Assembly: GCA_010015805.1 (NCBI GenBank)
Contig: ML978121.1
Span: forward strand, 2,232,001-2,296,000
Direction: 5' to 3'
Length of the DNA: 64,000 nucleotides
From: Rhizodiscina lignyota
Lineage: Eukaryota
This document shows, piece by piece, positions 36,838 to 50,237 of the stretch (its first letter is position 1; every line of letters begins with the position of its first letter). The notes under the pieces are model-generated. The model worked only from the letters and a program-made list of their open reading frames with translations. It had not been told where the DNA came from and ran no database searches. The position numbers and the translations under genes are program-made.

Positions 36838-37879
36838 ATGGCGAGCGGAGACCGACCAACCGGTCTCATTGCCAACAAGGGCATTGAGCTTCTCACATTC
36901 GGCACTCCTAATGGTCTGTCATTCAATAGCCTATCTCAATTGACCAATGGCTAACCCACTCCACAGGCGTCAAAGCATCCATCATGCTCGAGGAGCTCAA
37001 GGAGACATACGGCATGGACTACACATTCCAAGGCATCAACATCATGCAGAACATTCAGAAAGAGCCGTGGTTCACGAAGCTCGGCCCTAATGGGCGTATT
37101 CCCGTGATCGTCGACCACGACAAGGGCGACTACGCCGTCATGGAGGGACTCGCGATTCTCAACTACCTAACGAAGTTCTACGACCCGGAGCACAAGTTCA
37201 GCTTCACTGACGACCTGGACATCTGCACGGCGGAGCAGTGGATGGCGTGGCAACACGGCGGCATGGGTGAGTGAGGCAATCCGGCGTCTCTCCGTTCCCG
37301 TCCACATTCTCTCCGAACCGTTACGATGCCACAATATCTCCGAGCATCTTATCAATTATCCCTATCTCCGCGAATAGAATGACGCAAGACTTCCAGAGCT
37401 TAAATGGACATCTTCACTAACTATTATTTATAGGCCCAATGCAAGGCCAAGCAGGTCAATACTACCGCTTCCTAAAAGAGCGCATCCCGCACCCAACGCA
37501 GCGCTACGTCGGCGAGACGGAGCGCCTCTACGGCGTGCTCGATGCCCGTCTCGCCGGCCGCGACTACATCGCCGGCCAAGGCAAGGGCAAGTACAGCATC
37601 GCGGACATCAACACGTTCGGGTGGGTCAACGGGTGCGGGCTGGCGGGCATCAACCTCGAGCAGTTCCCCAACGTGTACGCGTGGTGGGAGCGGGTGCGCG
37701 CGCGACCGGCGGTGGAGAAGGGACTGTCGGTGCCGTCCGGAGCGCCGTCGCCGTTTGGTTGGAGGGAGCTGCAGAAGAAGAGGGCGGAGGATCCGGAGGC
37801 CGCGAAGGCGGAAGAGCCGCTGAAGGAGGCGCTGGAGGCGGCGAAGAAGCAGTACAATTACGTGTACAAGAGCCCGTAA
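36838..37879 (+). CDS. Glutathione S-transferase (Ure2p/GstA-like)
   Basis: GTPNG|VKASIMLEEL, GPNGRIPVIVD, WMAWQHGGMGPMQGQA and RYVGETERLYGVLD. Introns 36914-36966 and 37267-37433. Confidence 0.95.
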
Positions 37880-38085
37880 AGAATGTGGGAGATATCACGG
37901 AGGGATGACACGAGAAGATGAGGGAGCTACCTGACCTGGCCTGTTTGCACTGACGTTGCTTTAAGGCTGTTATAGTAGCCACGTGATAGGTGACCAATAT
38001 CCAAATAGAGGTCTTGCTAAAATACGCAGCCCCTTGACTCCCCCATCCAATCATTTTTGGTAACTACTGCATAATTTCTCCTGTC

Positions 38086-38976
38086 TTATCCTAGAGATTT
38101 CCCGTACCAATGGCTTGAAGGATAGCAGAGCCACGGGCAGGTGAAGGTCGCGGGGGACCTGTGGAGCTGGATACGACAGAGAGGCAGGACTCTCAACGAA
38201 ATTGAATTCGGCTTTATAAGTGCCAAACTTTCAACCACCTTTTGCTGAAACTTTCCGACACACGCAGGACCAAGGGATTGGAAAATGGCAGAAGAAAACG
38301 CTGAACGCGATTTAATCCTCGCTGAGCGGACGAAATGCAAGCTGCCCCAGAAATGCTCAAGCTTGACCTCAGATACCAACCGCTTCCGTCAACCATCACA
38401 AGCATAGGCGAGACTGGAGAGTAACGACTCCTTGACGGGTGAGCAGGTGTCAGAGATGTGCGCAGAGCCTTTCAGCGCTCCAATAAGTGCTATGGCCAGC
38501 GAACGCGGAGCTCTTTCAGCGCCGTCTTGGGGGAGGAATTTCGATATGTCTCTCAGAGATGTCATCCTGAAGGCGTCGTTCCGTTGCAGAATTATATGCC
38601 CACGGCATGGTAGCTGGAGGGTTAAGTAGTCTCTTCGCATCAGCAATGCTCTTATTGGTACAAGTTCCCCGAGTCGAACCGCTGAGTCGCAGGCAAACAG
38701 TGTCGATCTTCGGAAGTATGGTGCGTGGGTGCAGAGATGGCTTCCAGTGTCGTTGAACGCAACAGTCGGGTGTCGTTCAGTATGTGGCAGGGCGTCCACC
38801 GCGACGCCAGCAACATGGAAAGATTTTCCCTTCTGTTGAGATAAGACTAAAATCCTTACCTCCCACAGCTTAATGCAGAGAGCAATTCCAAGGTAGCTCC
38901 AGTTTACGTTGTCTGGAACCAACTCATCCAGTACTCTATGCCACTGTGTACCAAGGCGAACCGCGTCCGTCGTCAC
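38086..38976 (-). pseudogene. Possible gene remnant: ~297-codon frame with one internal TGA
   Basis: ORFs 38389-38976 and 38086-38379 are in the same frame, separated by a single TGA. No in-frame start ATG upstream and no recognised homology. Confidence 0.3.
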
Positions 38977-39130
38977 AGCTAAATTTGAACTCCTGTTTCA
39001 CGTGCCATTGAAATTGATCGATTCGCGAAACCATATCCAGTTTCGCCTGTCTATCCAAGCTCTTAGATACCACAAAGAGCGCCATTTCGCATCACCGCCT
39101 AAACAAGCAAATCTAGCAATCTGAAGCCTC

Positions 39131-40832
39131 TCAGTGCGCCGCAATCAAAAACGTATTCGTCGCTAAACACACCACCATCACAACGATGCCATACACCGCC
39201 AGAGCCAAGCTCGACTTCCTCAGCAACTCCCTCCGCCAGGCCCTTTTCCCTCTGCCCCAGAATCCGCTTCCGGAGAGCAGGCCGCTGCCGGCTGTGTTGC
39301 CCTCGCCTTCGTCGCTGGAATCGTACTCTTCCTCATCGTCGTCTTCTTTAAGCAGGCGCTGATGGTGTGGGCTGTCGGGGCTTGAGATTTTGTAGTAGAA
39401 TAGTCCCGGAAGGATGAACGAAATGCTCGTGCTGCCTGTGCTGCCCACGTACGCAAGCACTTTCTCTAGCGAGGAGACGGTCATGGCGACGATGTAGCTC
39501 AGAATGATAATGACGGTCGTGATAGCTGCGAAGCGTACGTCCCCCATTGGCTCTGCGCGAGCCGCACTCTGGGACGGTGGGATCGGCGCAATTGACTGTT
39601 GGGCCAGAAGGCCAGAATTGGGACTGGGACTCCGATTGTCACCAGCTTGCTTCTTTTTCCAGCTGCTGGGTCGCCATTTGAGCACTGCATCGACAGACGC
39701 CCTGCAAGGATGGACTTGCAGAGGGTAGGAGAACATGACGAGGACGACGATGGCGGCGCGGCCGATGGTCGCGGAAACGGAGGGCGGATACATAGATACG
39801 ATGTTTCCATTCACCGTATCGCCGTAACTCAAATACCCTGTTAAAGCAACAAGAATGTATATGGCACCTGCAGTACCGATACTCGCGACGACCACGGCTG
39901 TGGTGCGGAAGTGGCTGTTATTAGTGATCTCGTTGAGGATCGAGAACATGTTCTGATGGCATGTGTATGCGAATACGATGACGGGGAAGGCGGCCAAAGT
40001 GGGAATGGGACCTTGCCATTTGAAGACGCTGACGTGCCCGCGGTCTGGGAGGGTGTCGCCTTTGATGAAGTGCGCGAGGACGAGGATTACAAGGTAGCCG
40101 ATCGAAATGAGTGCTATGACGGAGGTGTATTTGAGGGAGTCGAGACGGCGGAGGAAGGAGAGGGGTATCACTATCAACCTGGACGGCCCGTTAGCATCCC
40201 GTCCGAAATTTGGAGACGATTAAAAACTGATGAGACGAACATGAATGCCGTGACCCAGAAATGCCTATCCACAAGATATCCTACGTCACCTGCTCGCTCG
40301 TTGAATCCCAGCACAACTCCCGGCATTAGGTCTCCAATAATGATAAGGTAGCTCACACCGACTCCAAAGCACTTGATCGCAATCGCCGCGTCAAATATTA
40401 CCGCAGCATTCGGGTATGTAATCTGGGACAGCGCAAAGAAGGATGCCGAGCCTCTATCGAGATATTGCGAGCATCGAATCTGAAGGTAGAGGCCAAAGCC
40501 TGCGGTGAGGCCAGCCCAGGCGATGACCAAGACTCCGAGGACGATGCCCATTTTCGAGATCGCAGAGGGCATTGCGAGGCATCCTGCACCAACAACTGTA
40601 CATACTATCAGCGCTTATGAATATCATGACTTGGACAGAGTGGAGTCTCACTTGTATTCACTAGGTTGATAACGCTGCTCGCCCAGCTGGCTTGTCCGAC
40701 TATGCCCACATCCTTCCTCCCTCGCCGTTGCCTGCGTCTAGGTTAATGAAGGAGCCTGATAGATATTCCGGAACAAATGATAGCATACCTCCTCCCTCGC
40801 GATGATGCAGCGCTCGCAGGCCGCGACTCCAT
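39131..40832 (-). CDS. Vacuolar amino acid transporter, AVT5/6/7-like (AAAP family)
   Basis: SSVINLVNTIVGAGCLAMP, DAAIAIKCFGVGVSYLIIIGDLMP, FAYTCHQNMFS and SYPLQVHPCR. Introns 40738-40788, 40596-40651 and 40179-40240. Confidence 0.94.
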
Positions 40833-41189
40833 TCTCTCATCGGCATCTGCATTGATTGCCAGATAGCTTGTCATCTCCGCCTCGGGTCGGAAAAGCGCAG
40901 GGTCTCTTGGTGAAGCATACGCAGCACAAACAAATGCAGTGTAACTGCCTGCTTGGCTGAGCGTGAGGGAGAGGTGAGGGTGAGGATAGTGCGAGAAGAG
41001 GAGATATCGTGACTAGAATTTCAGACTTGCCGAGTTTCCAGATGGTGTGTTTGGAGGCTCCAATGGCGTATCGTATCTCCAGCGGGAAGATCCGCGCGCT
41101 AGTGCCTTGCTTGAAAGAAGTGTTTTGGGAGTTCATTTCTCACGCGACAATTGCACGTCAACACGTTCACCGTACGAATGTGAGGAGCC

Positions 41190-41864
41190 ATGACAGCTCT
41201 TGCTGGAGACGTGGTCCTCCAGACCCTCCAGCTCCTTGAATGGCGCCTCGCCAGGATCGACTTTATCCTCAATGGCCGGGCAGGCGACAGAGAAGGAGAA
41301 GTGGAGGGTCAACAAAGCGTGATGAAGCGCGTGGGAAAGCTGGAAGACGGCCTTTCAAAGCTCATTGCAAAGTCGCCAGCCATGGCGGAGATTATTGCAC
41401 TTCGTAAGCCCAAGTTGCGCGAATTGTTCAAACAAGTGGAAGCTGACTAGCGCGAAGAATTCCGTCACCCTGAAATATTCGAATCTGCCTCATCCGCCAC
41501 GAAACAAGACGAGCCTGACGTTTCGACAAAATTTTCCGTCGTCATCACTGAGGCCCCGTCCTTTCCCAGCGCTGTCTCGCAACTCACCCAATTAAACGAT
41601 TTGCCGATTCCCCCTACGAAGGACTTCACAAACATGATTGCCAGCTTACCGCGCATGGCTGCTATTCACGAACGACAGAGTGAACAAGAGAAGGAGATTT
41701 CAGAGCTGCGAAAGCGAAGTGCGCTTTTATTGTTAAAATGGCATGAGCTATTTGTCCTTGGCCAAGGAAGATGCTGGGCAGAATGGGATGGAAGGCTTAA
41801 GAAGGCGGAGATCAAGGTGCGGAGGGAAGAAGTTAGGAAGGAGAAAGAGGTGGAAGCGGGCTGA
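41190..41864 (+). CDS. ro-10: Nuclear distribution protein RO10 / dynactin p24-like
   Basis: TLQLLEWRLARIDFILNG, SQLTQLNDLPIPP, EISELRKRSALLLLKW and CWAEWDGRL. Intron 41404-41457. Confidence 0.8.
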
Positions 41865-43639
41865 TTTGAGATTGTGTTGGATGGAAATGCATGTCCAGTC
41901 ATGCGCGGCTCAGCAGAAAGTTCAATACAGACGAGCCCTCCAAGGATATATCCACCAGGCCCAGCTACTACCTCGATCGAGGCTGACCGCAAAGTTGTGC
42001 CACAGCTTTAAACCAATGGACGAAGGCGACGTGTTTATCATTCATCCAATACATTATGCGAATGTTCATGCTATACGTCGTATTTGGAAGAGCGATTCAA
42101 GGACGAATGCGAGGAGGTTCAAACATGATCTCTCTTGTTTGGAAGATCAATACTGACCCATTGCGCGGCCTTTCAACCCTCATCGACTGCAACGAAACAA
42201 TTTCGTCAGCTCAGCACCGATGCTGAGAGGGTGTTTGCTCGCTCTGACAGTGATCTCGTCCGACCGTCAGTATTCGCAATCGACTTGTTACAGCCTAGAA
42301 CTCAGGGGGAAGGCGAAGTTTTGTTTCTTGCTTCTCCGCTGACAGATATATAATATATCACCCTGTCTGGTCGGAGATCATGTACACTGCATGGAAACAT
42401 CACTCCAATGATATGGGCAGCTCTGATTTCATAGGGCCACATACCAAGCTTTTGGCCCTGACCGGTCGCAGAGCTTTCCGAGGCCGCTAAAACAAGGCAT
42501 GACATCAAACCAAGGCCAGAAGCATTAAAGAATTTCGCGTGGGAGCAAGGATTTTCGCTGCGTTTCGCCGGTGTTCGTTGCGGCCACGTTGGTTTCACAG
42601 TCGTCTCACAGGTCCAGCTACGTCAGGCCAGGCACGATGGAGAGCGGGACGGGACCTGCATATCAGAGTAGCACATACAAATGGAGGATAGCGTTGTATT
42701 TAATATGGTCGATTTGTATATGCCAGATATTAATGAATTGATGCTACGGCGCGTGATGCGTCTATGCCGCCCTGGGTGCGATGGGACGGTGCAACAAATA
42801 TAGCGACGTCCAGCTTCACAAACATGCGAGTTGTCAGAGCGCCTGCCGATCTGCTTGGAGTGCAGTGGCAAAGGAAAATAGGAAGATTCAGCGGCGGCAG
42901 GGAGCGGCGGGGAAGAGGGAGCCGAGCTTTTAATACTCCGTTGCATGTCTAGACTGGCGCTGCAGCAGTGCGACGGAATGGGTTTGCATCAATTTCGCGT
43001 GCCAGCGAATCGCCGGGCAACGCGCGCGCATGGGTGCGAGAAAACGGCGCGGCCAGAAAGGAGACTTCGTTCGCTCTCCGCCTCCAGCAGAGCCCCTCTG
43101 ACAGCTCGACGTCCATCCACTTCTGCACTCTCTCTTCGCTTCTGCTTCTAAAACATCTTGCTCTGCCATTCTCTAATCGCCAGTGCACGCGTCGCCGCCA
43201 GCTGCGAGCAGCTCCAGAACGCGCGCCGTTTCATCGAACCGCGGCCGGACCACCTTCGACACAGCCTCCTCCACCCTCCCCCATCGCACTCCATCACCCT
43301 CCCTCTTATCACCACCACCACCCACCCGACGCCAACCAACTCTCCCGCCTCAGCGAGCCGTCGCCGTCGTCGAGCAGCACAGGCTTTGACGAGCCCATTC
43401 GTTCACCGCACGCTCTTTCACGCCTCTTGCTCGTCTGCCACGCGCGACCGCACAACAAGGGCCACCACCCGGTCCCCTTTGTCAACCCAGCAAGGCGCAA
43501 TTTCCTAGTACACACAATCTCGACCCCAATCTCCAAGCAATCACCACAGCCGCCATAAGCACATATCCTTTCGAGCCTCTTTTCTTCTCGACACGCCGAG
43601 AATTATCGCTGCATCTTCTCCGCGCAGTTACCACTACTC

Positions 43640-44783
43640 ATGCCTCCGTACGGCTCCCTCCGCTCACCATCACTCCGCAAAATGGAAGGAAACTACGGTA
43701 GCTCGCGCCGCATGAGCTTTGGCAACATAATAGGCGATCCCTTCGCGCTCGCTACAATCTCCATCTCTATTGTACGTCCGCAAACTCTCTATATGGACTT
43801 GTGTTGGCGCGTCGTCCACGCTAGGCGCGCATGTGGGGCCGAATGCTAACGTCCATCAACAGCTCGCGTGGCTAATTGCCTTCGTCTCTTCCATCATATC
43901 AGACGTTCAAGAACAGTTTCCGAATTTCGCGTGGTGGGCGCTGGTGTATATGTTCTTCTGTATCCTCGGCGTCATCCTCACCGTCGCGTCAGAGTCAGAA
44001 TCAACATATCAGATTGCCATCGTCGGTTTCTTGGCCGCAGGTCTTGTCTTCACGACATCAGCAGTTAATACTCTCGTCTATGCCTCAAGTGGTGCGAAAG
44101 AGGCGGCTGCGGCAGGCTTCATCCTCCTGTCTATGGTAGCTGTGAGTGTTTCGTCCCATCTTCAGTGTTTGGCCTGGTTGGCATGGAGATTATCATATTC
44201 GGTACCGTCTTTTACTAACTGCACGTCTTATCAGATCGTCTGGATGTTCTACTATGGTTCCCAACCCAACGCCTCCCACCGCGCCTACGTCGACTCCTTC
44301 GCTCTTCATAAAGGCCGTCACCCTGGCTCTCAACGCGCCTCACAAGCCATGTCCACCGCATATCAAGCACCACGCGATAATAATCTGAACACCCAATCTA
44401 CAACACAACCACAGATGTACACTTCCGCGCAATTGAATGGCTTCGAGACATCCTCGCCCGTATCGGGCTTCCACGGTGGCCCCGCAGGCGTGGACCAGCG
44501 CAACAGCAGTGTGCCGCGCTTTGGCACCCAGCCAATCACTGGAACTACCACCGGACCGGCAAGCACGACACAAGGCGAGCCCGAAGTCGCTCCGCCGACT
44601 GAGTACCCATACCGAGCAAAGGCAATCTACTCGTACGAGGCCAATCCCGACGATGCGAACGAGATTTCCTTCAGCAAGCACGAGATCCTCGAGGTATCGG
44701 ACGTCAGCGGGCGCTGGTGGCAGGCGAAGAAGGAGAACGGCGAGACGGGTATCGCGCCGAGCAATTACTTGATCCTGCTGTGA
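43640..44783 (+). CDS. SHO1: High-osmolarity signalling protein Sho1 (4 TM + SH3)
   Basis: [32 protein letters not shown] and C-terminal SH3 [23 protein letters not shown]...[11 protein letters not shown]. Introns 43772-43862 and 44142-44234. Confidence 0.97.
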
Positions 44784-45807
44784 GGGCATTGCTACGACTA
44801 TTTTCCTTTCTGATACTCTCACCGGGGTGCCTAGGAGTAAACAGCGATGCTCTGCGTCCTACCATTCCGAGCTTGTGATTATGTCTTCATGATTCCCCCG
44901 GCCTGGCGTGGCTGGCTGTCGAAAGCTATATCAATCTCCTTTATATCCCTACACACTTCGATTCGAACTGTACAACACACATCCGGAAAAACAACACAAT
45001 ACACGAACGATTCACTCTCCGCACGAACGAAGCCTACGCCGACGTCTCTGAAAGTTGACTCAAACAATTATCGAAATTCCACAGCAGAAACACTGGATCG
45101 CGAGTTCTGGGCCCGGACAGTAGCAATACATCCGTCTGGCGGAACTGGCATTAATAGTCTCGGTGGTTGGCCGAGGTGCGATGGCAGGGAAAAGAATGAT
45201 GATTGTGCTTTTTTCCTCTATTACTCTATTGGGAGGCTCAGATGAGAACCCGTTCTTTTCTTGGTTTGACTGCTGTTCTTTGTATGTATGGAGTAAACAT
45301 TGGCGTTTTGACAACCCCATTTTCTTTGTCCTTTTTGATTGCAAGGTGCTGGTGGATGAATGGGAAGAAGGCATGCGCTTGGCAAGACTGGACGGGTGGA
45401 AGGTGGATGTTGATAGAAAAAAATGCAGGTCAATTGAGAAACCAAAGGAGTCAAAGAAAAAGTTCATTCCAGAAGTTCAATGACTTTGCCATATCGTGAT
45501 GCTTCGATGCTGTGCATGCACCACTGTACACAGAGGTGTCCAATGCCCTTAAAACTCCGCTATCATGCTGATACTAGTGATATGCATACCAACAGAGCCT
45601 CCTTAGCCCTTGTTTTCCAATCCGTTACGCCTCGCTGGGCTGTTCGGGAGTACCTGCTGACCTGGCCAAGCTCCTTGTTTATAAAGTTTCCAAGCCAACA
45701 CCTTATAGGTCATATTGACATGCCATACTCCACGGCTCTCTCGTACCAAAGTTCAGGCAACACCACGACCAAAACGCTCCTCCATGAATATCCGATCATC
45801 TTCATCT

Positions 45808-47179
45808 TCACTTCCCCGCCTTCTTCGCTCTGCCCTTCGCATAACTTGGCAGCGATCCGGCAGCCGCACTCTTCGCCTTCGAACTTGCAGTCGGCCTATC
45901 AAACGACCATTTCGTGCTCGCCACGCGCTTAGACATCGGCTCGCCTTCCACTACTTCACCGTCGACATATCCACTCTCGTCCTGCTTTTCAGGAGGCTGT
46001 TTGCGCTTCCTCCCGCGCGGCAGAACGCCTGACGCAGCACTGAGAATGGGACCGACGTCCGGAGCAATGTCAGGGGCTACATCTGGCGCTCCAAGGAGAG
46101 AGTCCTTGCGCTCCAAGCCAAGCTCGTCGTCGTCGGCGTGTTTGCGCTTCAGCGAGTGGGGAGTGCTATGGCTGCCTGTGGATGTGGAGCTCGACGTTGG
46201 CGTCGGTGGACGGCGGAATGCCGGAACGGCGGAGTGCTTCTGCTTTCCTTTGGGTTCGCTGGCGGTTTCAGCTGGTGGAGATGGTTCGGGGACTACGCCT
46301 ACGATGTCGCCATCGGTGTCTTGGTCTTCGGTGCCGGCCATGGATTCATCTTCCTCGCCATCGTCACGAGCGAGCAGCGCATCGGCGAGGGAGCCCGCGA
46401 TGTCGTCAGCCGTCGCGCCTTCAGCAGACAGCATGCGTGTGATATGTTCGAGGAGCATCGACTCGTCGAGACCGAGATCGCCGGTGCCAGCGCCGCCCAC
46501 CAGGCTCCCTAGGTTGGCGCGGAGAGCAGCTTGCAGGGCCAATGGGTCGATTTCGAGCGTTGGAGCATCCGTTGTGCCATGTTCGTCTGTTTCCGAAGTC
46601 GTCTCTGAATCGGGGAACTGCTCTCGCCAGTTCTTCAGCAGCGCGAAGGAGTTGGGGAAGGTATCTCGTGTGGGCGTCCCAGTAACTCGCTCCGGGCGCC
46701 ATGCCACTGGCGAGAGGAGAGGCGCGTCTGTTCCATTCTCAGGGACGTGTGCTGTTCCATCCTTCAATTTGCGCTTCTTGCTCGGCGAAACCGCTGATCC
46801 CTTTGACTTCCTCTTCCTGGGCGTGCTTGCGATTGCTTGCTTCTTCCTCCCGGGCCTGCCCTCATGCACGTCATGATATCCGTCAGAATCATACTCGATG
46901 TCATTCCAATAAGCGAAGCGGTCCCACTCGTAGTCCTCTACATCGTCGAAGGACACGGGAGACGCAATGGCGTGCTCGGCCAGATCACCCTATGAAACAT
47001 GATACCGGTTAGCGGATGCGTGCATGCTGATGGGCAAATAGCCGTGGGATTGGAAGCTCGGACAATGCGGGAAAGTGAATGAGATATGGGGAACAAACCA
47101 CTTCATCATAGGTGTCCTCCACGTAGAAGTACTCGCTGAGGTCGAAATCATCGTCATAGTCGTCGTCGATGTCCGACAT
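45808..47179 (-). CDS. Acidic, largely disordered hypothetical protein with basic NLS-like clusters
   Basis: Exon 1 47099-47179 (MSDIDDDYDDDFDLSEYFYVEDTYDEV). Intron 46990-47098 (GTTTGT...GCTAAC...TAG) joins in frame to the 382-aa ORF. Confidence 0.8.
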
Positions 47180-47891
47180 TGCGGCAGATGAGACGCCTTG
47201 CTCAGATGCCTTTTGTGAATATTAAACGTCCAGTATATCCAGCACTGCGGATCATATGCGGTTTGGAGCGTTGCGGTGCAGCGAGATCCAAGGCGCTGGC
47301 AGAGCGGCGTTTGCTCTTTCGTCCTGCGGTGGCGCGTTCGCTCGCTGCCTCGCACGCGTCGGGCTGGGGGTGGGTGCAGATCGTCAGACCATCAGACCAC
47401 GCACGACTGCAAGCCTGAAGCGTCAGACGATTGTGCCATCAGTGGACGGTGAGGAGCGCATAAGACGGAAGAGAGAGGATGGAGGGACGAACGGATGTGG
47501 GAGGAAGCATTCACCACTTGAGCGTGGGTGCAAGCGCGACAGACACAGGGCGCCCGAAAGGTCAACAATTGGCCGCCGGGTGAATTGGCAGCATACACCC
47601 ACTCACTCTTGTGATACTCTGCTCGGAACCCCCATCAGCGGCGAATTGATGTCCGGCAGTGCGTTCAGATGTGCATATGGGGTTGTCTCTGAGTCTACGC
47701 GTCTTCCCATGAGCTCCGAAGGGATCTCCAAGGGGCGGTGGGGGATAGTGACGACGGGAGTGCTCCCCGCGATGCCGCTCGGATATCGTCGGTTTAATTA
47801 TAGGCTCTGAGACTCAGCAGGACACCGTCTCTTCAATCGATCAAAGACTTTGAATTCTGCATTCCATGTGTGAATAACGAGAACTTTCAAC

Positions 47892-50070
47892 ATGAGAGCA
47901 GCACAAAGAATTCCCCTTACCAGCTCCATCGGCAGAGCAGCGCTCGCCAGACGGTGGCATTCCACCAGCTCTCCGTCTGATATCAAGCCCTTGACGTCAA
48001 TTCTCATAGCCAACCGGGGTGAAATAGCTCTGTATACCTCCTTCTAATGCCTATTAAGCTATCCACAGAACTGACTTCCCTAGACGAGTTGGCCGCACCG
48101 CCTCAGAGTACGGCATCCGCACCACGACCATCTACACGAACCCTGACGCCCACTCTCAGCATGCTCTCTCCTCCCCATTTGCCGTGAATCTAGGCGCACC
48201 ATCCGCGTATCTCGATGGCGACCGCATCATTGACGTTGCCCGAGCACAGGGATGCCAGGGCATCCATCCTGGTTATGGCTTCCTGAGCGAGAATCCAGGG
48301 TTTGCGAGGAAATGCACAGAGGCGGGATTAACGTTCATTGGGCCGCCATGGCAAGCGATTGAGACAATGGGGAGTAAGAGTCGGAGCAAGGAGATAATGA
48401 CTGCCGCGGGGGTGCCGTGTATACCGGGATATCATGGAGCGGAGCAGGCTGTGGACGTATTGGAGAAGGAGGCGAAGAAGATTGGATATCCAGTGCTTTT
48501 GAAAGCAGTCAAGGGAGGAGGTGGAAAGGGTATGAGGATCGTTACGAGTCCAGATGAGTTCCGCAGTCAATTGGAGAGCGCAAAGTCTGAGGCAAGGAAC
48601 TCGTTTGGGGACGATGTCATGTTAGTTGAGAAGTATATTACCACGCCGAGGCATATCGAGGTACAGGTCTTTGCGGACAAGTACGGTAATAGCGTGGCAT
48701 TGGGAGAAAGAGATTGTTCAGTGCAGCGGAGACATCAGAAAATCTTGGAGGAGTCACCTGCCCCAAACCTAGACGATGCTGTGCGTAAAGATTTGTGGGA
48801 GAAAGCACGGCAAGCTGCATTAGCAGTGGGGTATGAAGGCGCAGGCACTGTGGAATTCATCTTTGACAATGAGACGGGCGAGTTCTTCTTCATGGAGATG
48901 AACACGAGACTGCAAGTCGAGCATCCGGTGACCGAGATGGTGACGGGAGAGGACTTGGTGCGGTGGCAGTTTATCGTGGCAGAAGGCGGCAGACTGCCTT
49001 TGAATCAGGAAGAGGTGGAACAACGAATAAAGGAGAGAGGTCATGCTGTTGAAGCCAGGATATACGCCGAAGACCCGAATATGAACTTCATGCCATCGAC
49101 TGGCGTGCTGCAACATCTTCGGACGCCGGAGCCTACATCCACCGTCAGGATAGATGCTGGCTTTGTAGCAGGGGATGAGGTGTCGTCGCACTACGATCCC
49201 ATGATTGCGAAGCTCATCGTACAAGGGCCAACGAGGACTGCTGCGCTACAAAAGATGCGTGCGGCGCTCGAACAGTACGAGGTCGCGGGCCCCACAACGA
49301 ACATTGAGTTCCTGAAGAGGGTGTGTGTAAGCCCGGCATTTGTCGCGGGCGAAGTCGAAACTGGATACATTCAAAAGTATCATGACGAACTGTTCAAGCA
49401 CGAAGAGGTTCCAGACGAAGCATGGGCACAAGCAGCAATCGGCATGTTATTAGAGGAATCATCAAGACAGGAAGCGACACTCCTTCAACCTATTGGATTT
49501 GGCACATCCTTCCAGCACCGGGTCTTCGAACTCGCCGAAATCGCCCCTCAAGGAGACGAGGCCCCTTCTATCCCAGTGTCCGTAACGCAGCTCGGTCCTG
49601 ACCGTTTCTCTGCCACTGTCGGATCAACAATATACGACTCCGTAACCAGCACATATGACCGAACATCATCCACCCTAACAACTTTCTTCCCCCACACCCG
49701 CATTGCCACTACACTCGTCCGTTCCTCATCACCGGATAATCTCACGCCTATCCTCACTCTCTTCCAACGTGGCACATCCTACAAGCTTCGCCTAGCAGCG
49801 CCGAAGTGGCTTGAAGCCGCCCTCGGCAAGAAAGACGTTGCGAATTCAGTACTCGCACCAATGCCGTGCAAGGTTTTGAGAGTCGAGGTCAAGGAGGGCG
49901 ATGAGGTCATTAAGGACCAGCCGCTCGTCGTAGTCGAGAGTATGAAGATGGAGATGGTGGTGCGGAGTCCTGGCGAGGGAAAGGTCAAGAGGGTTGTACA
50001 TGGGGTGGGGGATATTTGTGCTATGGGGACCGCGCTTGTAGAGTTCGAAGATGAGGGGAAGAGTGAGTGA
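47892..50070 (+). CDS. mccA: 3-methylcrotonyl-CoA carboxylase alpha (biotin-carrying) subunit, mitochondrial
   Basis: Presequence-like N-terminus, ILIANRGEIAL|RVG (intron 48032-48083), HPGYGFLSEN, GGGGKGMR, FMEMNTRLQVEHPVTE and biotin motif ESMKME. Confidence 0.92.
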
Positions 50071-50237
50071 GATGTGGGGGATGATGTTTTGTATGTTTGG
50101 GACGGGTATGATATCAAGATTTTGAATTTTGAAGTTTGTCTTCCACGACAACAACTAATTCCCAAGACGCCCGTATCGATCCGCTTCTCATGGAGCCGTG
50201 CGGTTTGCCGAGTTTGTGCGCCCTTTCAATCGATCTA

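Noticed and set aside
42968..43558. 196-aa ORF upstream of SHO1
   Set aside because: Composition reflects the C-rich promoter/5'UTR of SHO1; non-ATG start.
45914..46876. 320-aa plus-strand ORF
   Set aside because: Antisense shadow of the GC-rich low-complexity gene on the minus strand.
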